This document shows, one piece after another, positions 57,148 to 64,000 of a stretch of DNA of 64,000 bases (within the stretch, counting starts at the first letter, position 1; each line of letters opens with the position of its first letter). This DNA comes from Thalassolituus hydrocarboniclasticus. GTDB lineage: Bacteria; Pseudomonadota; Gammaproteobacteria; Pseudomonadales; Oceanobacteraceae. The notes beneath the pieces were generated by a model, which saw only the letters and a list, made by a program, of their open reading frames with translations, was not told where the DNA came from and made no database searches. Both the position numbers and the translations under genes were made by a program. The stretch is taken from assembly GCF_025345565.1 (NCBI RefSeq), contig NZ_CP054475.1, positions 67,845 to 131,844 on the forward strand, read 5' to 3'.

Positions 57148-57361
57148 TATTGCGCTCCAGCGTTTGCAGACGGGTAATCATTTCATTGACCTTGCGACGG
57201 GCAATTTCGTTCTGCTGCATCAGTTTTGCACGCTCGGCCTGCCAGCTCGCTTCGGCGGCGCGCATGGCTTTATTCTGCTCGCGCAGTTCCTGGTGCACGG
57301 TCAGCAGTTTTTCGATCTTACGCTGCAGGCTCTGGAGTTCAGGATTTTGCATTGCCATCAT
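57140..57361 (-). CDS. Small coiled-coil protein upstream of zapA (ZapB-like/TIGR02449-like)
   Basis: 73 aa, predicted coiled coil throughout. Conserved position upstream of zapA in pseudomonads. The family name is from memory. Confidence 0.45.
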   Translation of the reverse strand: MMAMQNPELQSLQRKIEKLLTVHQELREQNKAMRAAEASWQAERAKLMQQNEIARRKVNEMITRLQTLERNSG

Positions 57362-57519
57362 AGTGGTTAGTGAGAACAGGCTAACTATAAGAGGCCGCTG
57401 GCGGCGGGGTCAATCGGCGACGGTGCCTTTGCTGCTTTATTCCCGCCGCTTCCGGCATTTGCGCATACTTTCGCGGCAGCAATGATAGAATGACCGCTTT
57501 CCCTCCCATTGAGGACGTT

Positions 57520-58071
57520 ATGACGATCGAATTTTCCGCAGCCGCTGATCTGTGGCTGGAATCACGCTGCTACCAGACTCCATCCGCCCTGCATGGCTGG
57601 CTGACCGGCTATCTCGCTTCCGGCGCCCGCCTTAAGCCGGCCGACTGGTTAGTGGAAGCGCAGGAATATCTGGAGCTGGAAGAAGCTCCGGAAGCACCGC
57701 TGCAGGCGTTTCTGCAGACTTTTTACGATGACGTGCTGCTTGGCCTGAGCGGCGAGTCGATGGAATTCAGTGTGCTGCTGCCAGCCGATGAAGATGCCGA
57801 TATCGACGAGCAGGTTGAATGCCTGGCGCAGTGGAGTAAAGGCTTCCTCGATGGCTTTGGTGCATCGGGCCAGATTCAGGGCAAAGTGCCGGAAGACGTG
57901 CTGGAAGTACTGCAGGATCTGGATGCCTTCTCGCAGGCGTCACTGGATGACCCGCAGGACCCGCAGAACGAAATGCTGTATCTGGAACTGGCTGAGCATG
58001 CCCGCGTTGCTGCGCTGACCGTCTTTTACGGTATGAACAAAACCGCTCCGGCCCCTAAAACCCTGCACTGA
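57520..58071 (+). CDS. ygfB: UPF0149 family protein YgfB. The start is reassigned to MTIEF….
   Basis: RBS gaggacgttATG. UPF0149 architecture (acidic; …LHGWLTGYLASG…). Precedes pepP, as in E. coli. Confidence 0.75.
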   Translation: MTIEFSAAADLWLESRCYQTPSALHGWLTGYLASGARLKPADWLVEAQEYLELEEAPEAPLQAFLQTFYDDVLLGLSGESMEFSVLLPADEDADIDEQVECLAQWSKGFLDGFGASGQIQGKVPEDVLEVLQDLDAFSQASLDDPQDPQNEMLYLELAEHARVAALTVFYGMNKTAPAPKTLH

Positions 58072-58089
58072 TCTCTACGCATTGACGAG

Positions 58090-59409
58090 GTGATGATGAA
58101 ACTCGATGTCCGCGAATACGCCAAACGCCGCCGTCAGCTGATGGAGCTGATGAGCCCGAACAGCATTGCCATTGTGCCATCAGCGCCGGTCACGGTGCGT
58201 AACCGCGATGTGGAGCATCCCTTCCGTCAGGACAGTGACTTCTATTATCTGTCCGGCTTTGCCGAAGAGCATGCTGTATTGGTGCTGATTCCCGGCCGTG
58301 AGCATGGCGAATACGTGCTGTTCTGTCAGGAAAAGATCAAAGAGCAGGAAATCTGGACCGGCCGCCGTGTCGGCCCGGAAGCCGCACCTGAGGTGCTGGG
58401 CTGTGATGATGCTTTCCCGATCAGCGATATCGACGACATCCTGCCCGGCCTGATCGAAGGCAAAGACCGCATCTACGCCAGCCTGGGTGTCAGCCCGAAC
58501 TTTGATAACCAGCTGATGCAGTGGGTTAACCATATCAAAACTCAGGTGCGTAATGGCGCCACACCGCCGCACGAGTTCAGTGCGCTGGATCATTTATTAC
58601 ACGATCAGCGTCTGATTAAATCCCCTGCAGAAATTAAGGTTATGCAGAAGGCCGCCGACATCAGCGCCGAAGCGCACACCCGCGCCATGCAGATGGTCAA
58701 GCCGGGCATGTTCGAGTTTGAGCTGGAAGCCGAGATCATGCGCACCTTTATGGCCGCTGGCAGCCGCTGGCCGGCGTATCCGTCGATTGTGGGCGCCGGT
58801 GATAACGCCTGCATTCTGCATTACACCCACAACAATATGGCGATTAAAGACGGCGACCTGATTCTGATCGACGCCGGTTGTGAGCTGGACTACTACGCCG
58901 CCGATATTACCCGCACCTTCCCGGCTAACGGTAAATTCAGCGCCGAGCAGAAGGCGATGTACCAGCTGGTGCTGGATGCGCAGTATGCCGCGATTGAGCA
59001 GATCAAAGCCGGTAATCACTGGAATCAACCACACGAAGCGGCAGTGCGGGTGCTGGTCGAAGGGCTCGTGCAGCATGGCCTGCTCAGCGGTGATGTCGAC
59101 GAGCTGATTGAGAATCAGGAATACCGCCAGTTCTACATGCATAAAACCGGTCACTGGCTGGGTATGGATGTGCACGATGTCGGCGAATACCGCATCGGTG
59201 GTGAGTGGCGCATTCTCGAAGAAGGCATGGTGATGACCGTTGAGCCGGGTTTGTATATCTCGCCGGACGATGAAACGGTGGACGCCAAATGGCGCGGCAT
59301 CGGCATCCGCATCGAAGACGATGTGGTGGTGACCAAAAGCGGCTGCAAAGTCCTGACCGCTGCCGTTGTGAAAGAGATTGATGATATTGAAGCCCTGATG
59401 GCGGGCTGA
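58090..59409 (+). CDS. pepP: Xaa-Pro aminopeptidase PepP (M24B)
   Basis: N-terminal creatinase-like domain and the M24 metal ligands (…DAGCELDYYAADITRTFP…HxTGHWLGMDVHDVG…EPGLY…). Confidence 0.9.
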   Translation: MMMKLDVREYAKRRRQLMELMSPNSIAIVPSAPVTVRNRDVEHPFRQDSDFYYLSGFAEEHAVLVLIPGREHGEYVLFCQEKIKEQEIWTGRRVGPEAAPEVLGCDDAFPISDIDDILPGLIEGKDRIYASLGVSPNFDNQLMQWVNHIKTQVRNGATPPHEFSALDHLLHDQRLIKSPAEIKVMQKAADISAEAHTRAMQMVKPGMFEFELEAEIMRTFMAAGSRWPAYPSIVGAGDNACILHYTHNNMAIKDGDLILIDAGCELDYYAADITRTFPANGKFSAEQKAMYQLVLDAQYAAIEQIKAGNHWNQPHEAAVRVLVEGLVQHGLLSGDVDELIENQEYRQFYMHKTGHWLGMDVHDVGEYRIGGEWRILEEGMVMTVEPGLYISPDDETVDAKWRGIGIRIEDDVVVTKSGCKVLTAAVVKEIDDIEALMAG

Positions 59410-59417
59410 GGAACAGC

Positions 59418-60671
59418 ATGAGCAAGCACATCCCGCAGTCTGACATTGTGGTACTGGGCGCCGGCATGGTCGGCGCCAGTCTGGTGCATCTGTTAAAACC
59501 GGCGCTGGCGCGCGGGATGAGCCTGACCTTAATCGACCGTCAGGCGCTGAACTGGGATGGTGATATTGCCAGCCGTCCGCCCAGCTTTGATGGCCGGGCG
59601 ACGGCGTTGTCCTACGGTACACAGCAGATTCTCAGTCAGCTGGGTGTGTGGGATCTGATGGCTGAGCGCGCCTGTGCTATCGGGCATATTCAGGTCTCCG
59701 ATCAGGGCCGCTTTGGCCAGACCCAGCTGCACGCCAGTGAACAGAATACTGAGGCTCTGGGTTATATCGTTGAAAACGCCGTGATTGGTCAGGGCCTTTT
59801 GAGTGGACTGGAACAGCCAGGCGTCAGCATTAAAGCCCCGGCCCAGGTGCAGGGCGTACAGATGAACGCTGACGGCGCGCTGCTGACCTTCGATAACGGC
59901 GAACAACTGCAGACCAGTCTGCTGGTGCTGGCCGATGGTGCGCGTTCGGCGCTGGCGCAGCAGCTGGGTATTCAGCATGAACGTCGTTCTTATGGCACCC
60001 ATGCGCTGGTGACTCAGGTTGAAGTTGACCGTGAACACGGTCACTGGGCGTATGAGCGCTTCAGTGAAGACGGCCCGATTGCCTTTCTGCCGCTGAATAA
60101 AAAAGACTTCGCCGTGGTGTGGACGCTGGCCGACGACCAGATCGAACAGGTCAAAGCCTTGCCCGAAGCCGAATTCCTTGCCCGTCTGCAGCAACAGATC
60201 GGATATCGTCTGGGACGTTTAATGCGTGTCGGCGAACGCGCCAGCTACCCGCTGGCACTGGTGCAGAGTAAAGAGCAGGTGCGGCGTTCGCTGGTGCTGC
60301 TCGGCAACGCTGCGCACAGTCTGCATCCGGTGGCCGGACAGGGCTTTAACCTCGCACTGCGCGATGCCGCCGTACTGGCCGAATACCTCAACCGCGCCTG
60401 GCAGCAGAATCAGCCGCTGGGCGATCTGGCGTTATTACAGGCTTACGAGCAACAGCAGCAGGCCGACCAGCGCAACACCATCATGGCCAGCGATCTGCTG
60501 CCACGCCTGTTTGGTTCAAAGCTGCCGGGTATGGCGCTGCTGCGCGACGCCGGTCTGCTCGGCATGTCGGCCCTGCCAACCGCGCGCAAACTCTTTACCC
60601 GTCATGCGATGGGGTTAGGGCAGCGGGCGGCGAAGCTTCCGGCCACGCCGCTTTCAGGAGAATCTGCATGA
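59418..60671 (+). CDS. ubiH: 2-octaprenyl-6-methoxyphenol hydroxylase UbiH (FAD monooxygenase)
   Basis: GAGMVG Rossmann motif, DG-motif and C-terminal GNAAHSLHPVAGQGFNLALRD motif. Position pepP–ubiH–ubiI. Confidence 0.85.
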   Translation: MSKHIPQSDIVVLGAGMVGASLVHLLKPALARGMSLTLIDRQALNWDGDIASRPPSFDGRATALSYGTQQILSQLGVWDLMAERACAIGHIQVSDQGRFGQTQLHASEQNTEALGYIVENAVIGQGLLSGLEQPGVSIKAPAQVQGVQMNADGALLTFDNGEQLQTSLLVLADGARSALAQQLGIQHERRSYGTHALVTQVEVDREHGHWAYERFSEDGPIAFLPLNKKDFAVVWTLADDQIEQVKALPEAEFLARLQQQIGYRLGRLMRVGERASYPLALVQSKEQVRRSLVLLGNAAHSLHPVAGQGFNLALRDAAVLAEYLNRAWQQNQPLGDLALLQAYEQQQQADQRNTIMASDLLPRLFGSKLPGMALLRDAGLLGMSALPTARKLFTRHAMGLGQRAAKLPATPLSGESA

Positions 60672-61876
60672 ACTATGACGTAGTGATTGTTGGCGCCGGA
60701 CTGGTGGGTCAGGCGATTGCCAGCGCGCTGGTGCAGGGGGCACAGCAAAAGCCTTTGCGCATTGCCCTGATTGATCCGGCGTTCCGCACACAGGCTCCGG
60801 CCAGCGGCAGCGAACTGGCTGACTATGATCTGCGCGTGTCAGCGTTAACCGCCAAAACCCAGGCTTTCTTAACCCGTCTGGGCGCCTGGCAGAAAATTCC
60901 GCCGCAGCGTCTCAGCCCTTACACCGGCATGCACGTCTGGGATGCTGAAGGCACAGGTTCTGTGACCTTCGATGCCGCCGATCTGCATGCTCCCTGTCTG
61001 GGTCATATAGTTGAAAACCGGCAAACGCTGTGGGCGATCCAGCAGTGCCTGCAGGAAACGCAGTGCGTGGATGTACTGACGCAGAAAGTTCGCTACCTCG
61101 ATAACCGTGACGCCGAAGGTTACACCCCGGTGGTTTTGGAAAACGATGACAGGCTGCTGGCCAGACTGGTGATTGGTGCCGATGGTGCGCTGTCACGGGT
61201 GCGCCAGTGGGCTGGCCTGCCAACCACCGAGTGGGATTATGGTCATCACGCCATTGTTGCCACGGTACGGCTGGAACAACCGCTGCAGGCGACGGCCTGG
61301 CAGCGCTTCCGTCCTGAAGGGCCACTGGCGTTACTGCCGCTGCCGGGTGATGAACATCTGGCGTCTATCGTCTGGTCGACTTCGCCGGCGGAAGCCGATG
61401 CGGTACTGGCGATGGATGAAGCCGGCTTTAACGCCGCGCTGACCCAGGCATTTGAAGGACGTTTGGGGCAGGTGCTGGCCAGCTCGGCCAAGGCCCGCTT
61501 TCCGCTGCGCCAGCGCCATGCGCGGAATTACTGGTGTGAAGGCGTAGTGCTGGCCGGTGATGCCGCGCATACCATTCATCCGCTGGCCGGACAGGGTGTG
61601 AATCTGGGCTTTAAAGATGCTGAAACCCTGGCGGAAGAAATTCTGCGCGCGCACAGCAAAGGGTTGGATCTTGGTGGTGAGCTGGTGCTCAGCCGTTATC
61701 AGCGCCGCCGTCAGGCCGACAACCTCAGCACCATGGCGGCGATGGAAGGCTTTAAACAGCTGTTCGCCGCCGATCAGCCATTGCTGCGTTTATTACGCAA
61801 CGAAGGGATGCGCCTGTTCGACAAACTGTTGCCGGTTAAGCAGCACGTAATGATGAAAGCGATGGGACTGGATTAA
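60668..61876 (+). CDS. ubiI: 2-octaprenylphenol hydroxylase UbiI (VisC). Its ATG overlaps the ubiH stop.
   Basis: GAGLVG, GADGALSRVR, and GDAAHTIHPLAGQGVNLGFKD flavin-monooxygenase motifs. Confidence 0.85.
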   Translation: MNYDVVIVGAGLVGQAIASALVQGAQQKPLRIALIDPAFRTQAPASGSELADYDLRVSALTAKTQAFLTRLGAWQKIPPQRLSPYTGMHVWDAEGTGSVTFDAADLHAPCLGHIVENRQTLWAIQQCLQETQCVDVLTQKVRYLDNRDAEGYTPVVLENDDRLLARLVIGADGALSRVRQWAGLPTTEWDYGHHAIVATVRLEQPLQATAWQRFRPEGPLALLPLPGDEHLASIVWSTSPAEADAVLAMDEAGFNAALTQAFEGRLGQVLASSAKARFPLRQRHARNYWCEGVVLAGDAAHTIHPLAGQGVNLGFKDAETLAEEILRAHSKGLDLGGELVLSRYQRRRQADNLSTMAAMEGFKQLFAADQPLLRLLRNEGMRLFDKLLPVKQHVMMKAMGLD

Positions 61877-61926
61877 TCGGGGCTGGATTGATAAGACTGT
61901 CGTGATGAGTTGGTCTGATAGCCGAT

Positions 61927-61960
61927 ATAAAAAAACGAGCCTCAATTGAGGCTCGTTTTC
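61927..61960. terminator. Bidirectional rho-independent terminator between ubiI and htpX
   Basis: aaaaaaacgagcctcaattgaggctcgttttcg. Confidence 0.8.
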
Positions 61961-61982
61961 GTTGGTTTTCCTGCAGGCAGAA

Positions 61983-62870
61983 TTAACGGCCGTACTGCTC
62001 ACGCAGCGCCTGGATACGACGTTCCAGCGGCGGGTGAGTGGAGAACAGGGCAGACATCTTACCTTCACCACCGATACCAAAAGCCACCAGTTCACCGTTC
62101 AGTTCACTTGGCTGGTCGTAGGTTTGCTGCAGGGCCGCCAGTGCGCTGATCATCGCTGCAGGGCTGACCAGTTCGGCACCGGCCTGGTCGGCACGGAATT
62201 CACGGCGACGGCTGAACCAGGCAACAATGGTCGAAGCCAGAATGCCCAGTACGATCTCGGCGATAAAGGTCGTTACATAGAATGCGATGCCCGGACCGTC
62301 TTCGTTCTTGAATACCGCACGGTCGACGAAGTTACCGATAATACGGGCGAAGAACATCACAAAGGCGTTCACCACGCCCTGAATCAGGGTCAGGGTAATC
62401 ATATCGCCGTTGGCAACGTGGCCGATTTCGTGGCCCAGTACCGCTTTGATCTGCTCTTTATCCATACGCTGCAGCAGGCCGGTCGATACTGCGACCAGGG
62501 CATTGTTACGGTTCCAGCCGGTAGCAAAGGCGTTAGGCGCCGCCGAACCGAAGATACCCACTTCCGGCATACCGATACCGGCTTTGTCAGCCAGTTCTTT
62601 AACGGTGCTCAGCAGCCACTGTTCACCGGCATTCTGTGGCTGATCGATGATCTGCACACCCATGCTGCGTTTTGCCATCCACTTGGACAGCAGCAGCGAG
62701 ATCACTGAGCCGACCATACCGAACACCAGACAGAACACCAGCAGGTTGCCGAGGTTCAGGCCATTGCCGCTGCGTTCCAGGTAACTGCCCACGCCGAGCA
62801 GTGACAGGGTAACGCTCGCCACCAGAACAACGGCTAAGTTGGTGGCCAGAAACAGAATTATGCGCAACAT
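61983..62870 (-). CDS. htpX: Zinc metalloprotease HtpX (M48)
   Basis: HEIGHV zinc motif. Four TM helices. Strong match to E. coli HtpX. Confidence 0.9.
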   Translation of the reverse strand: MLRIILFLATNLAVVLVASVTLSLLGVGSYLERSGNGLNLGNLLVFCLVFGMVGSVISLLLSKWMAKRSMGVQIIDQPQNAGEQWLLSTVKELADKAGIGMPEVGIFGSAAPNAFATGWNRNNALVAVSTGLLQRMDKEQIKAVLGHEIGHVANGDMITLTLIQGVVNAFVMFFARIIGNFVDRAVFKNEDGPGIAFYVTTFIAEIVLGILASTIVAWFSRRREFRADQAGAELVSPAAMISALAALQQTYDQPSELNGELVAFGIGGEGKMSALFSTHPPLERRIQALREQYGR

Positions 62871-63130
62871 GTGCGACTCCTATAAGGGTTGTTCTCAGTT
62901 GTCCGCAGGCGCTCAACAGAACAGATTTGAGCACGGATTTATGACAGCAAGAATGGTGATTTTTCCGCAGTTTTCAAGCGGGATTATTGTCAGGAAGGGT
63001 AATTATGACGGTTATTCTTTTGCACTGTTATTAAAAGTGCCGCACTTAAATGATAGTTGTCTTAATTAATGCTGTGACTGGCCGATAAATGATCAATCTA
63101 TTACTCATTATCACGGGTCAGGGATCAGAC

Positions 63131-64000
63131 CATGGCAATTACACCACGCATCAGCGAAGTTGGCAGTTTCCAGTTTATCAGGCCGGGCCGGAACAGCGAT
63201 GAGCCGCTGACGGATCAGCTGGCGCGTACCGGCGGCAGCGAACTGAAAGCGGCGGCAAAAGGTCAGTCACTGCACTCGCAGCCCGTCGCAGATTCGACTT
63301 ACCGCGAGCCGGTTAACCGCACTCTGTGGCAAAGCGATCAGTCCTGGACGCGTTTTGCCGGCTCACTGAACGATACCGAAGTAATTAATGGCGTGAGCCC
63401 TGAGGGGCGGGAGCAGCTGGTCTCTGCCTCCGACTCCCTGAATATACCTAAGGACTTTCGCCCCGGAGCTGTGTTGACCGATCTGCTGGAGCGCGGCGTA
63501 TCACAGTTCAGCAGCACCAGCGGACGTTATGCTTATGCCGATGACGGTACCCGTCCGGCGCTGACAGAAATCGGCAAGGTCAGTCTGAAATACGGTTATC
63601 AGGAAGAAAAATTCAGCCTGAAACTGACCACCAATTCGGGTAAGGAATTAACGCTGAATCTGACCCATCAGAGCGGCTGGGGTCAGGGTGACGATGGCCG
63701 TGCACTGGAAGTAGATCAGTGGCTGGTGGGCTTTACCCTGGATGAATCGCTGAGTAAAGAAGAGCAGGAAGAAGCGCTGCAACTGGCCTCATCACTGGAT
63801 AAACTGGCACGGCGCTATCTGGCTAGTGGCCATCTTGATCTGGAAAATCTGGGGCTGGATAAACTGCAGCAATTCTCGGCGGTATCACTCGATCTTAAAG
63901 GCGCAGGCAATGAGAGCAGCGATCTGCTGCGTATTGAATACCGCAACGATGATGAGCAGCGCAGCCTGAATGTGCTGCTGCATGAAGACAAACTGAAGCT
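63131..64000 (+). CDS. Hypothetical protein. Only the N-terminal 290 codons are present; the frame is open to the window end.
   Basis: ATG after cagggatcagacc. No stop codon through position 64000 (checked codon by codon). Coding-like codon usage. No recognisable domain. Confidence 0.5.

Noticed and set aside
58597-60194. Minus-strand ORFs 58597..59622 (341 aa) and 59529..60194 (221 aa) over pepP and ubiH
   Set aside because: Antisense to two well-supported genes.
61962-62708. 248-aa plus-strand ORF over htpX
   Set aside because: Antisense to HtpX (HEIGH motif on the minus strand).

Overview
The window is a GC-rich (~58–60%) gammaproteobacterial chromosomal segment made up almost entirely of conserved housekeeping genes. 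Several E. coli/Pseudomonas-like synteny blocks are present: hemX–hemY; ubiD–fre-like; trmB; cueR…copA; yheS; algP/algQ(rsd)/dsbB; gshA; tex; pckA/hslO–hslR/yrfG/nudE; lrgAB; cpxRA; typA–glnA; zapA–ssrS–ygfA/ygfB–pepP–ubiH–ubiI; htpX. I found no transposases, integrases, phage genes, CRISPR arrays or recognisable defence systems. Non-CDS features I can support are a tRNA-Leu(UAG), a 6S RNA (ssrS) between zapA and ygfA, a sigma-54 promoter upstream of glnA, a CueR operator in the copA promoter, and several intrinsic terminators. The accessory-looking content consists of low-GC (~47–50%) genes for secreted proteins and lipoproteins inserted into the core backbone. (1) A BNR/Asp-box beta-propeller protein with a GlyGly-CTERM-like tail sits between cueR and copA. 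(2) An FG-GAP repeat lipoprotein follows copA. (3) A Cys-rich lipoprotein plus a divergent LuxR-type regulator is bracketed by two identical 34-bp terminator hairpins. (4) An EF-hand-like Ca-binding protein carries a 15-bp tandem repeat (VNTR). Smaller oddities: an EVE–CDGSH translationally coupled gene pair, tandem 16-bp repeats plus REP-like palindromes after hemY, and two conspicuous palindromes in promoter regions. I see no clear novel multi-gene system. The most unusual loci are the cueR–BNR–copA arrangement and the repeat-flanked lipoprotein/LuxR module.
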